A DNA stretch of 59,268 nt from a virus (taxonomy: Duplodnaviria > Caudoviricetes): the IMG/VR virus record IMGVR_UViG_3300028024_000010, positions 1 through 59,268 of that record; one strand, given 5' to 3'. Below the pieces are notes generated by a model. It was not told the origin of the DNA. It did not search any database and was given only the letters and a program-made list of their open reading frames with translations. Made by a program: the position numbers and the translations under genes. Shown here piece after piece: positions 1-8,583 of the stretch (position 1 is the first letter of the stretch; every line of letters begins with the position of its first letter).

Positions 1-192
1 CGCTCTCCCACACGCTCTCCCCCACGCTCTCCCACACGCTCTCCCCCACGCTCGCCCGCACGCTCTCCCACACGCTCGCCCACACGCTCGCCCACACGCT
101 CGCCCGCACGCTCTCCCGCACGCTCTCCCCCACGCTCTCCCGCACGCTCTCCCGCACGCTCTCCCCCACGCTCTCCCGCACGCTCTCCCGCA
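1..192 (-). repeat. 12-bp coding tandem repeat, ~16 units, encoding V-[R/W/G]-[E/A]-S
   Basis: Minus-strand unit GTG-(C/T/G)GG-G(A/C)G-AGC. Confidence 0.95.
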
Positions 193-442
193 TTTCGACC
201 GAGAGCTTCGCAAGAAGCTCTCGGTCGGTCAGGATCGCGTACCAAATGGCGCCAGCCATCGGTGAGGTCGAGAAAACGACCTTGGGTTTCGGCAGGTCAG
301 CAGCCTTATAGGCGAGCTCAATCGCCTTTTCCGCGCGCTCGCGGTCCATCGGCTCCGTCGATAGCCCGATCTGGGTCCATTTATCCGTCCAGACCGGCAA
401 AAGTGCTGTTTGTTGTGGCGTCAATTTTTCGATGCGAGCCAT
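1..442 (-). CDS. 5' part of DUF6745-like repeat protein; continues across the window junction into 58398..59268
   Basis: Manual translation from ATG 442 with AGGAGG RBS: MARIEKLTPQQTALLPVWTDKWTQIGLSTEPMDRERAEKAIELAYKAADLPKPKVVFSTSP...EMRESVRESVGESV, open to the window end. Confidence 0.85.
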   Translation of the reverse strand, partial: MARIEKLTPQQTALLPVWTDKWTQIGLSTEPMDRERAEKAIELAYKAADLPKPKVVFSTSPMAGAIWYAILTDRELLAKLSVEMRESVRESVGESVRESVRESVGESVRESVRASVWASVWASVWESVRASVGESVWESVGESVWES

Positions 443-503
443 GATATCCTCCTAATGATCCATGCGAGGGCCGGCGCACCGGCCCTCTGACAGAACACCC
501 GGA

Positions 504-992
504 TCAGTCGGCGACGTTGCGGATAGCCTGAGGTGAATACTCCCGCTGCGGCGGAAGATCATAATTCCCCCGCAAGATGCCCTGTGTGTCGTGCTCTTCA
601 TGCTTGAGCGGAGACCAAGGGGCATTCGGAGTCACGCCGGTCGGCGTTTCCTTGACATCGGCGGCCGCAAACCACACGTCACCAACATTCGGCACTGGCA
701 TCAGAATTTGCTCGCCATATGGGCCTTTGCGCCGCTCTTTCACGGCCGCGTTAATGACGCCGGCGTAGTCACCATCCACGCGCAGACAACCACCGCTCCC
801 GGCGCCATCATCGCGGAACAATTTGACGGCCGGGGTATAAAAGGCATGTCGATGGCCGGTAACCTCTCCCAGCGCAAGAACGGTTGCGTCGTTATCCTTT
901 TTTGCTTCGGGCATGCCTTCAGGAATATCTTTGCGCGGGATAAGAATGACATCGCCTTGACGATAGGGATGCAACTGCTTGGTCATGGTCAT
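504..992 (-). CDS. Conserved phage protein with His-rich motifs, partner of the DUF6745-like gene
   Basis: YRQGDV, LALGEVTGHRH, LKHEEH and QREY motifs; GAGGAG RBS before MTMTKQ. Confidence 0.8.
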   Translation of the reverse strand: MTMTKQLHPYRQGDVILIPRKDIPEGMPEAKKDNDATVLALGEVTGHRHAFYTPAVKLFRDDGAGSGGCLRVDGDYAGVINAAVKERRKGPYGEQILMPVPNVGDVWFAAADVKETPTGVTPNAPWSPLKHEEHDTQGILRGNYDLPPQREYSPQAIRNVAD

Positions 993-1018
993 CTCCTCAA
1001 AAGATGGGTTGGGTGATC

Positions 1019-2278
1019 TCACATCACGCCGATCGAGACGGCGTGTTTCTTCAGTTTCTCAAGGCGCTCGATGATCGGCTTGCTGGCCGGGTCCTCGGCC
1101 TTCCGCAGCACAACCGTGAAGCCCTCATTGAAGGATTCGATGTTGTCGGAGGTCCAGATATCGTGCGGTTCCGGGAAAGTCGCGACAATGTTCTCCATCT
1201 TATCGAGCCAGCCGGTGATGCTCGGAATCGTCTCAACGGTCGTCGTACGTGGGTCGTAGAAATCGAGGCCTTTGCCGCCCTCGGCTTGTTTGCCTTCGGC
1301 GGGGCTTTGCTGTTTTACCGGCTCCCCGCCGTCATTTGCGCCGGCCTCGACGTTTGCGCCCTGCGAATCCGACTGCGCCTTATTCTTGCTGCTGCTTGCT
1401 GCTTGCCGCTTGCTCTCATCCGGCTGCCCATCATCGCCTTGGTCGGCATCAGTAGCCTCCTTGCGGAACTGCGCCTGGGTCGGCCGGTCCGGTGCGGTGG
1501 GCGTGATGACCTCGACACCGCCGCCGAGGTCGATCGTGTGCCCTTCGATCTCGTCGTTCGTCTCCCAATCGCCGACCTCTTCCGGGAAGGCCTTGCGGAG
1601 AGCGGCAGCTTCGGCGACCTTTTCCAGCATATAGCTCGGCCGTCGATCCCATTGATCATTGGGGAGGTCGGTCTTGCCCTTCTTCCCATAGTTCTCGAGG
1701 AAATAGATGCGCGGGCCGGGAAATGCGATGCGCTGGTCATTGACGAAGCGGTAGAGCGTGATCTGTGCCCAATCCGGAGCCGTCAGCTTAACGGTCTCCA
1801 TCTTGCCTTTTACCTTCTGCCCTTGCTCGCGGTCGTAATATTCGGGCTGGCCGGTGAAGGTGAATTCTTTCAGCGGGCCGAAGACAGTAGCGTCGGCGCC
1901 GGCATAGATCTGCGTCCGGTGGGCTGTCGTCCGCAGCTCGCCGATGCCTGGCCAGACGGTCTCGACTTCGCGTTTCAGCGCGCTGTTCCAAATCGGCACG
2001 ATATGGACAAGCCGCTTGGAGATGTCGAGCTTGCGCGCGCGGCAATAGGAGAGGGCAAGCCGGACACCTTCGATCGTCTTCGCAGAGGGAAAAAAGGCAT
2101 CCACAATGGCGCGCCATATGCCTTCATCGACAGACGGGAATTCCCGCTGAATGTCCGGATGCCAGGGCAGGCGAGGCGGCTGCAACGGCGCCAGTTGGCC
2201 CTTGCTCTGCGGTTCCTGCGCAAAGCCCTGCTGCTGTTGCTGTGGGCGCTCTTTGGTCTGCGTGTTCTGTTTGGCCAT
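1019..2278 (-). CDS. bet: Bet/RecT-family single-strand annealing recombinase
   Basis: ALSYCRARKLD, VHIVPIW, GIGELRTTAHRT, W..RPSYMLEKVAEAAALRKAFPEE motifs; disordered C-terminal tail. Confidence 0.85.
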   Translation of the reverse strand: MAKQNTQTKERPQQQQQGFAQEPQSKGQLAPLQPPRLPWHPDIQREFPSVDEGIWRAIVDAFFPSAKTIEGVRLALSYCRARKLDISKRLVHIVPIWNSALKREVETVWPGIGELRTTAHRTQIYAGADATVFGPLKEFTFTGQPEYYDREQGQKVKGKMETVKLTAPDWAQITLYRFVNDQRIAFPGPRIYFLENYGKKGKTDLPNDQWDRRPSYMLEKVAEAAALRKAFPEEVGDWETNDEIEGHTIDLGGGVEVITPTAPDRPTQAQFRKEATDADQGDDGQPDESKRQAASSSKNKAQSDSQGANVEAGANDGGEPVKQQSPAEGKQAEGGKGLDFYDPRTTTVETIPSITGWLDKMENIVATFPEPHDIWTSDNIESFNEGFTVVLRKAEDPASKPIIERLEKLKKHAVSIGVM

Positions 2279-2294
2279 GCTGGCTTTCCCCGGA

Positions 2295-3503
2295 TTAACG
2301 GACGACGGTATTGACGTCCTCGAAGATGATGACGCCGGCGAGATCGCGGCCGTCGGCGTCGACGAATGAGCGGATCGCACGTTCCAGCGCCGCCTGGTCG
2401 AAATGCTGCGCCAGCTTCAGGATGTCACCGCGCAACGCGGCCATATTGGTGATCTGGAAATCCCAGTCGGTGCGGAGAGACGCCGTGGCGCCGTAATCAC
2501 CACGGACCTGCCCGAACTCGTACGGCTTCGCCTCGATGACACGGGTTTCCTTGACGATCGCCGCCGTCTCGCGCTCCGATGCCTGCACGACACGGGCGTC
2601 AGCCTTTTCGATTTTCTTGGCGCCGGCCTCTTCGGCCAATTTGATCCGGGCAGCATTCCGTTCTTCCTGTTCCAAACGCTGACGCTCTAGCCTGGCCTGC
2701 TCCTCGGCCGCCGCCTGGCGCTCGCGCTCGGCTTTCAGCCGATCAGCCTCAGCAGCTTTGCGCTGACGCTCGGCGGTCTCCTCGGCTTCTTTGGCGGCCT
2801 TGACCGCGGCATCGCGCTTGCGGCCCGCCTCGGCAGCCTCTTCGATTGCTTTGCGGCGGTCTTCCTCGGCCCTGGCTCGAGCCTGCTCGGCCTCCTGCCG
2901 CAGGCGCTCGGCCGCCGCCGCCCGTTCCTTGGCCTCACGTTCCAGTGCCTCGGCCTGGCGCTGGCGCTCCTCGGTCTCGCGACGCTGCGCATCGGCCTTT
3001 TCCCGTGCTTCACGGGCGACGCGCTCGGCTTCCTCGCGCGCCGCCGCCGCCTTGGCTTCCTCTTCCTTGCGCAACCGCTCGGCCTCTTCGCGCTTTTTGC
3101 GGGCCTCTTCCTCGGCGATCTTGCGCTTGCGGTCGGCTTCCTTCTCCTGCCAGACCTGCAGGCGGTCCTCGACCGTTTCCTTGTCCTTTTTCAGGACATT
3201 GATCGGCTTCATGAAGAGGTTCTGCACGGCAGCCGCGGCGCTATCATGCGGCGCCTTCTCCGCGGTGCGGGTGGTGTTCAGATCCTTGACGCCATAACCG
3301 ATCTGCTTGGCGAAATCGGCCGCCTTGCGGGCCGCCTCCTCGTCATCAATCGTCTCCGGCACCGCAGTCATGCCGGCATGCAGATCATTCGCCCGCTTGA
3401 ACAGGAAATCGTGCTTTTCCTGCAGGTTGTCGACGATCTGCTGTTCCGGGGAAACGACGGCAATATTGGTGAGATCCGGGATCTCGGCGACGGCAACGCT
3501 CAT
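2295..3503 (-). CDS. Long coiled-coil phage protein next to the recombinase
   Basis: 402 aa, E/R/A-rich heptads; start overlaps the upstream gene's stop. Confidence 0.75.
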   Translation of the reverse strand: MSVAVAEIPDLTNIAVVSPEQQIVDNLQEKHDFLFKRANDLHAGMTAVPETIDDEEAARKAADFAKQIGYGVKDLNTTRTAEKAPHDSAAAAVQNLFMKPINVLKKDKETVEDRLQVWQEKEADRKRKIAEEEARKKREEAERLRKEEEAKAAAAREEAERVAREAREKADAQRRETEERQRQAEALEREAKERAAAAERLRQEAEQARARAEEDRRKAIEEAAEAGRKRDAAVKAAKEAEETAERQRKAAEADRLKAERERQAAAEEQARLERQRLEQEERNAARIKLAEEAGAKKIEKADARVVQASERETAAIVKETRVIEAKPYEFGQVRGDYGATASLRTDWDFQITNMAALRGDILKLAQHFDQAALERAIRSFVDADGRDLAGVIIFEDVNTVVR

Positions 3504-3865
3504 TTACGTGAACCTCCAAAAATGGGCGGCATCTGCCGCAGGTCGACAGGTTTGCGGGGAGTGGCCTCCGGCTCGTCAGGGGCATGCTTGATAGCCCATT
3601 GCCGCAGTGCCACGCGCCAGTTGTATTCGGCCTCTGGAATCGGCTCGCCGGCACACCAGGGCCAGACCTTGTCGATCGGCACGTCTTCGTCGCCGAGCAG
3701 GGCGTGAAAAGATGGCGACCGGTCCAGCAGCTCGCTGGTTTCCGAATCACGGGACGGGCGGAACTCGATCTTCACCGGCACCCACGGGCCACGCTTTATG
3801 ATGCGCATTTTGTAGAGGCCCGGGGTCGGCGTGCTGATGTCGTGGGAATCGCGCAGATCAAGCAT
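3500..3865 (-). CDS. Hypothetical phage protein
   Basis: 121-aa ORF (PGLYKMRIIKRGPWVPV) coupled to both neighbours. Confidence 0.7.
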   Translation of the reverse strand: MLDLRDSHDISTPTPGLYKMRIIKRGPWVPVKIEFRPSRDSETSELLDRSPSFHALLGDEDVPIDKVWPWCAGEPIPEAEYNWRVALRQWAIKHAPDEPEATPRKPVDLRQMPPIFGGSRK

Positions 3866-4028
3866 CCCGCTTGCGCTCCGCTGATAGCCCGGCGGCGCGC
3901 CGCGAAGCCTCAGTCTCAGCGATGACCTGCTCGACGCCTTCGCGATAGACGCGGAAATTGCCGAGATGCTCGTCGCACCAGGCCATTTGTTTCGGACCGA
4001 GGCCGCGCGGCTTGCTGGCCGGCTTCAT
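3858..4028 (-). CDS. Small hypothetical protein (start uncertain)
   Basis: C-terminal part of track ORF 3858..4208, starting MKPASKPRG. Confidence 0.45.
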   Translation of the reverse strand: MKPASKPRGLGPKQMAWCDEHLGNFRVYREGVEQVIAETEASRRAAGLSAERKRDA

Positions 4029-4036
4029 GGCGATGG

Positions 4037-4159
4037 CTACCATGCCAGCACCCATGACCAGGCGATATAGACGCCGAGACCGGCGACCAGGATGACGAAT
4101 TGTGCGAGGCCGCCCCAGGTCAGGGCATGAGCCATTGCATTGCGGGCATCGCGCTTCAT
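4037..4159 (-). CDS. Small membrane protein (40 aa)
   Basis: Manual translation MKRDARNAMAHALTWGGLAQFVILVAGLGVYIAWSWVLAW; ATGA overlap and GGAGG RBS. Confidence 0.55.
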   Translation of the reverse strand: MKRDARNAMAHALTWGGLAQFVILVAGLGVYIAWSWVLAW

Positions 4160-4380
4160 GCTGCAGTACCTCCGTCAGGCGCTGGGATGAAATGGACGGT
4201 GTCACCAATGGCGACGAGCCGCTTATGCGAGACGTTACGAAGACGATGGCTGGGGCCGCACCTGTAGAGCCGCCAAAGCTTCTCCTTATGGTCGCGATGT
4301 TCGGTGAGTTCGACGATCGGCCGCGCCAGCTCAGAGCTGGCCTCCCAATAATCCCGGGTCTTGTGCTCGGGGAGGCTCAT
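4156..4380 (-). CDS. Hypothetical protein
   Basis: 74-aa ORF with ATGA overlaps on both sides. Confidence 0.6.
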   Translation of the reverse strand: MSLPEHKTRDYWEASSELARPIVELTEHRDHKEKLWRLYRCGPSHRLRNVSHKRLVAIGDTVHFIPAPDGGTAA

Positions 4381-4643
4381 TGGTGCGCCTCGATAAGGTT
4401 GACGGAGTCGAGCAGCCCTACTGGCGGAATGCCAAGTATCTGGCGTGCTTCATTCGCCGTTATGTGGCCAAGCTCCGCCAAAAACGCGACCTGCCAGGCC
4501 TGAAGGGCCCTCGTCTCCCGGAAAATCACTGACGCTGCCGGCTTCACCGGCATGAGTGATGAAGCGCGCACGATGGCAGGAGCGACGATCAGGCCTGCGC
4601 CCATGCGAAGAAGCTGGCGGCGAGTGAGATCGATCAGGCTCAT
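4377..4643 (-). CDS. Small protein with twin-arginine-like N-terminus
   Basis: LTRRQLLRMGAGLIVAPAIVRASSLMPV. Confidence 0.65.
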   Translation of the reverse strand: MSLIDLTRRQLLRMGAGLIVAPAIVRASSLMPVKPAASVIFRETRALQAWQVAFLAELGHITANEARQILGIPPVGLLDSVNLIEAHQ

Positions 4644-4882
4644 GCGTGCCCCACGGTGCCAGGCGCGCGCGTCAGGCCGACCAGATAGCCGTCGTCACCT
4701 TCCTGGCCGGCGAGATCGTGCCAGCCCGAGGCGCATTTGAGTGCGTAATACGGCATCCCGTCGCGACCTTCGACCTCGTAGACCGTATGAACACCGCCTT
4801 CGAGGCAGGTGAAACCGTTATCGGCCACCAGCTTGTCACCCGGCTTGACGTCATCGAGTTTGATGCGCGAGACATTGCTCAT
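4640..4882 (-). CDS. Hypothetical protein
   Basis: 80-aa ORF, translationally coupled. Confidence 0.65.
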   Translation of the reverse strand: MSNVSRIKLDDVKPGDKLVADNGFTCLEGGVHTVYEVEGRDGMPYYALKCASGWHDLAGQEGDDGYLVGLTRAPGTVGHA

Positions 4883-5019
4883 CCCAAGACCTCTCTCAGC
4901 AGCGCCCTCGCGCCGAACGCGCTGACGAAAAAGGCCACCAGCAGCCAGAAGTAGAATGGCGCGGCGCTCGGAGGCGCGACGTTCTCGTTCGCGGGCTTAC
5001 GGATACCGGTCTCATCCAT
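4879..5019 (-). CDS. Small membrane protein (46 aa)
   Basis: Manual translation MDETGIRKPANENVAPPSAAPFYFWLLVAFFVSAFGARALLREVLG; GGAGG RBS. Confidence 0.55.
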   Translation of the reverse strand: MDETGIRKPANENVAPPSAAPFYFWLLVAFFVSAFGARALLREVLG

Positions 5020-5156
5020 CACCGACCTCCCAGGACGAAGATCTTCAAGGCGAGCCACGTCGCATCAAGAAAGAACGACCCGACCATGATGCGGAAGATG
5101 AAGGCGAGGCCGGGATTGTGGATTGGCGCCCAGAGCCAGCTGACGATGCGAAGCAT
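5019..5156 (-). CDS. Small membrane protein (45 aa)
   Basis: Manual translation MLRIVSWLWAPIHNPGLAFIFRIMVGSFFLDATWLALKIFVLGGR. Confidence 0.5.
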   Translation of the reverse strand: MLRIVSWLWAPIHNPGLAFIFRIMVGSFFLDATWLALKIFVLGGR

Positions 5157-5639
5157 TCAACAGCCCTCCGCCCAGGCCATCATCTCGCGCCGGGCACGCG
5201 AGACGCGCGAGCGGATCGTGCCGATCGGCGCCTCCTGTACCTGAGCGATAGCCTCATAGGTTTCGCCTTCGCCGGCGAGATAGAGCGCGACCCGCCTTTC
5301 CCAGGGAAGCCGCGCGGTCCCGGCCATGATCTCGTGGAAGAAGACAGCGTCTTCCTGCCGAGCCCGGTCACTGATAAGCGAGGTGAGATCAGGCTCGAGC
5401 GATACCGTCGGCCGGCGCGCAGAAGCGCGGATGCCATTGATCCAGCAATGCCGCATGATCACAGAAAGCCAGGCACCCAGGTTCGTCCCGGGCTGGAAAT
5501 GATCCAGCGCGCGCCAGGCACGCTCGAGCGTATCCTGGATGAGGTCATCGGCCGCCGCACGGTTGCGGGTCAGCTTCATCGCGATCGGACGCAGGTTCGG
5601 CATGGCGGCGATGAGATCGCGGTCGAAAGCGGCGATCAT
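5157..5639 (-). CDS. ECF sigma-70 factor, EcfG/SigT-like
   Basis: Region 2 ADDLIQDTLERAW..FQPGTNLGAWL and region 4 YEAIA..PIGTIRSRVSRAR. Confidence 0.85.
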   Translation of the reverse strand: MIAAFDRDLIAAMPNLRPIAMKLTRNRAAADDLIQDTLERAWRALDHFQPGTNLGAWLSVIMRHCWINGIRASARRPTVSLEPDLTSLISDRARQEDAVFFHEIMAGTARLPWERRVALYLAGEGETYEAIAQVQEAPIGTIRSRVSRARREMMAWAEGC

Positions 5640-6031
5640 CGGCCGCCGGCCCGCGCGATAACGCGCTGGATCTGCGAGAGCAGGGTGGGGATGCCTTCCT
5701 GCAGCGCGTCGCCCTCGAAGTCGCTGATGAAGCTTTCGGCCGCCCGCAGCGCCTTCAGCATCTCCGCCTCGATCGGCTGATCGAATTCCGTCGCCGGCTC
5801 GGCAACCGCTTCGCGCAGGGTCTGTTCGGCCTCGGCAATGAACGGCTCATTTTCCTTACCACCGATCTGCCGCAGCCGGTCGGTCAGGTTCTCGAGCGTC
5901 CGATACAGCTGCTCGCCATGGCCGCGAACGCGCCGCGCCAGCTCGATATCCTTCGCGCTGGCGGCGGTCAGCTCGGCCTGCGGGATCTTGCCGTCATAGG
6001 AGGAATGGAGGCGGTCGATATAACTGATCAT
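5636..6031 (-). CDS. Hypothetical protein
   Basis: 131-aa ORF with ATGA overlaps. Confidence 0.65.
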   Translation of the reverse strand: MISYIDRLHSSYDGKIPQAELTAASAKDIELARRVRGHGEQLYRTLENLTDRLRQIGGKENEPFIAEAEQTLREAVAEPATEFDQPIEAEMLKALRAAESFISDFEGDALQEGIPTLLSQIQRVIARAGGR

Positions 6032-6234
6032 GCCGCCACCTCGGGCTTCAGCGCCTGCGCCGTGACGACGGCATCGCTCAGGATCTTGATGAGCTGCAGG
6101 GCGTCATCGACGCCGAGCCAGAGATATGCATCGGCGCTGCCGGCAGATACCTGAATGCAGGGTTCGCCGCTGTTATCGAGAAAGGTGTGGACGCGAGAAA
6201 TACGGCCGCTCGCGAATGCCTGTATCCGCATCAT
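6028..6234 (-). CDS. Hypothetical protein
   Basis: Starts MMRIQAFASG after a GGAGG RBS. Confidence 0.6.
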   Translation of the reverse strand: MMRIQAFASGRISRVHTFLDNSGEPCIQVSAGSADAYLWLGVDDALQLIKILSDAVVTAQALKPEVAA

Positions 6235-6333
6235 TGGTGGCCTCCAAGGAGCGAATCCCGCGCGGAGAGGCATGGACGGCCTCCCTGCGCCCCCGCTACC
6301 ATCAAAGCTGCGAACCCTTTTATGGAGCGGGAA

Positions 6334-6621
6334 ATGAGCCAGGAAAAACTGGTGCTGACGATCGTCGAGGCTGTCACAGGTCTTACGGCGCAGACGCACG
6401 ACCTGTTGTTAGCCGGCATCCTCGATATGCTGCGCATCAAAGGCGTCATCGATAATGGCGATATCGTTCGCTTCATCGCCAAGATGCTTGCCCATGGCCC
6501 GCTCATGCCTTCGGCTCCGATGAGTGAGCAATGGAATGACCGGCTGACGGAACTCGCACTTCGCTTAGAGGTATCACCGGAAGAGTTAATCGCTTACGCA
6601 AAGCGCCCCCTGGACTCGTGA
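6334..6621 (+). CDS. Hypothetical protein, counter-oriented within the early-left operon
   Basis: Starts MSQEKLVLTIV with GGAG upstream; fills a gap between minus-strand genes. Confidence 0.5.
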   Translation: MSQEKLVLTIVEAVTGLTAQTHDLLLAGILDMLRIKGVIDNGDIVRFIAKMLAHGPLMPSAPMSEQWNDRLTELALRLEVSPEELIAYAKRPLDS

Positions 6622-6690
6622 GCCCACGCGCCAACCGGCGAAGCAACTTGGTGCAGCAGTCGCAGCGGGAATTCCGGGTGCGGCGCTTCT

Positions 6691-6918
6691 TCATGCGACG
6701 GCCCCCGCGGCTTCGACGCGCGACAGGCGCTGCGCCTCGAGCCGGCGCGCCGCTTCCAATGCCCGCGGCAGCTCATGCAGCAGGTTGGCGGTCTCTTCGA
6801 TGGTGAGATGAAGCGTGAAGTGCCCGAGGCTTTCGAGCGCGACGCCGGCCGGTGAGCTGAGGATCTGACTGGCCCGGGCCATGACCGGCCCCGCCGTCTG
6901 GGTGATGCAAGTCGCCAT
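6691..6918 (-). CDS. First gene of the early-left operon, hypothetical
   Basis: Starts MATCITQTAG after a GGGAGG RBS. Confidence 0.55.
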   Translation of the reverse strand: MATCITQTAGPVMARASQILSSPAGVALESLGHFTLHLTIEETANLLHELPRALEAARRLEAQRLSRVEAAGAVA

Positions 6919-7056
6919 TTTCCCGTTTCCCTCCCCCATCCCTTTCCCGAGGGACCCCGGCGCCTGGGAGAAGCGCCGGGGTATCGGGAATCAGTTCATG
7001 GTGTCCTTGGGGGTAAGGCTGGTTCCATGAAGCCGGCGCTTGATCGCCGGTGACCA

Positions 7057-7085
7057 ACAATCGCGTTAAATCGCGACACAGTCAA
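7057..7085 (-). promoter_or_regulatory. PL-like promoter
   Basis: TTGACT-17-GATTGT on the minus strand with an operator in the spacer. Confidence 0.7.
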
Positions 7086-7109
7086 GGCGAAATCGCGTTT
7101 CAACGCGAT
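7060..7109. promoter_or_regulatory. OL operators (7060-7077 and 7092-7109)
   Basis: Inverted repeat ATCGCG-N6-CGCGA(C/T). Confidence 0.8.
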
Positions 7110-7294
7110 ATTTTCTCGAACGAGATATCAAGCCATGCGACTAAATCGCGACGGATGGAGGACAAGCTATTGTCAGAAAAGGGGAAAATAGGCCGTGAAG
7201 CCGACCTAGGGACAGGCGCAGTCGATATAGGGAATCGCGTTCAAGGGACCTAGAATTGCTTCCGGTGATTTTTTCGGGCCCTTTTCGAGGGCCC

Positions 7295-8239
7295 TCAGGT
7301 CATCTTGAGATCGGTGATCCGATAGATGCCAACCACTTTCGATCGCTCCAGCTTAACGGTCTTCTCCGGATTGAGCTGACGCAATTCGACATAGGTATCG
7401 GTCTTGCGGACGAATTTCTTGACGATCGCCATATGCTCCTGCAGCTCGACAACGACATCATCGCCCGCTCGCGCTGGCAATCGTGGATCCAAGATCACGG
7501 TCTCGCCTGGCTGGAATCTCGGCAGCATGCTTTCGAAGGAGACAAGAAGCCCGGCGGCATCAGAAACACCGCGTAACCTTGCCGGCCGCTCGATGTACAT
7601 GACGGGATTCTGATAATCGATCTCGCTTCCGTCAAAACTACCTTTGACCGAACCGAAAACGGGGAGATCGGCATTACCCATATCACCCTCTCTTCCGAGC
7701 GAGAGATCGAATTCGGCGCTTCGCATAAGGTTATGAAAAATATTACTTTTTGGCGATGATCGCTCCAAGATATCAGCTTCCCCTTCATCCATGTTCCGAA
7801 GATCGGAAGGGGTGAGCCCAAGCAGATTGGCCAGCTTATCCCTCTCATCCTCATGTAGGACTATGGACGGAGAGTTATTAATAAATTCACCTAAATAGGT
7901 TTCAGGTCTTCCCAATTTCTTGGAAAGGAACTCAAGCTTATAGCCGATGGCCTCGGCCCGGTCGGCGATAAGTCGGCGCAGCGGACCTTCCGCGAGCCTG
8001 TCTTGGGGCACTTCCTCACCCAATAGCAGCTGCACAGGAATGCCCTCGGATTTGGCGATCTTGTCATAGGTCGCCATCACCATGCTGTGGGTGCGGCACG
8101 CCAGAAAATCACGCACTGTCGCGGCGGCCACGCCGGCTTTTTTGCAGATGCCGTTCATCTTTCGTGGGCGCGCGTCGAAAAAGGCCTGCAGCGCGGCGCG
8201 TCGTTTCTGTTCGATAATATCCACTGTTTTCTTGGGCAT
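7295..8239 (-). CDS. cI: CI-like repressor with two XRE HTH domains and an S24 peptidase
   Basis: S24 motifs ESMLPRFQPG and IVKK, LRQLNP; divergent from cro; start taken at MPKKTV. Confidence 0.88.
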   Translation of the reverse strand: MPKKTVDIIEQKRRAALQAFFDARPRKMNGICKKAGVAAATVRDFLACRTHSMVMATYDKIAKSEGIPVQLLLGEEVPQDRLAEGPLRRLIADRAEAIGYKLEFLSKKLGRPETYLGEFINNSPSIVLHEDERDKLANLLGLTPSDLRNMDEGEADILERSSPKSNIFHNLMRSAEFDLSLGREGDMGNADLPVFGSVKGSFDGSEIDYQNPVMYIERPARLRGVSDAAGLLVSFESMLPRFQPGETVILDPRLPARAGDDVVVELQEHMAIVKKFVRKTDTYVELRQLNPEKTVKLERSKVVGIYRITDLKMT

Positions 8240-8256
8240 AGCGCATTTTAACGCGC

Positions 8257-8321
8257 TTCGCGGTTTAACGCGCGCGCGAAGTAACGCGATTACGTTTGAC
8301 AATGTCGCGCCAAAACGCGAT
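8257..8321. promoter_or_regulatory. OR operators (8257-8274, 8273-8290, 8304-8321)
   Basis: Same CGCG-N6-CGCG dyad as OL. Confidence 0.75.
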
Positions 8322-8324
8322 TAT
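8296..8324 (+). promoter_or_regulatory. PR-like promoter
   Basis: TTGACA-17-GATTAT; aligns with PL; predicted start near the cro ATG, so possibly leaderless. Confidence 0.75.
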
Positions 8325-8331
8325 CCGTGCT

Positions 8332-8583
8332 ATGTTCATTGCCAAATCCATCGAGAAGATCAGAGCGTTCCGTGTCAGCCAAGGCTGGACGCTGAGCAAA
8401 CTCGCGCGCGAAGCAGGCCTGCGCGAGAGTTCCATCCGCGATCTCGATCGCGACAGCTGGAACCCTGAAAGCAAGACGCTGCGTAAGCTGGAGACGATCA
8501 TTCCGCCGGGGTTCGAGCCATCGACTATCGAAGGCCTAGCCGAGATCAGCGTTGTTTCTTCGTCGGAAGGGCCGGACCAATGA
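8332..8583 (+). CDS. cro: Cro-like HTH regulator
   Basis: WTLSKLAREAGLRESSIRDL..WNPESKTLRKLE; position opposite cI. Confidence 0.85.
   Translation: MFIAKSIEKIRAFRVSQGWTLSKLAREAGLRESSIRDLDRDSWNPESKTLRKLETIIPPGFEPSTIEGLAEISVVSSSEGPDQ

Noticed and set aside
1-192. Terminal repeats as a CRISPR array, telomere or phage terminal repeat
   Set aside because: Units are contiguous 12-mers without spacers, in frame within a gene, with no cas genes; best explained as an assembly break.
8248-8268. TTAA pairs near cI as a full CtrA site
   Set aside because: Spacing is not TTAA-N7-TTAA, and the motifs are explained as operator spacers.
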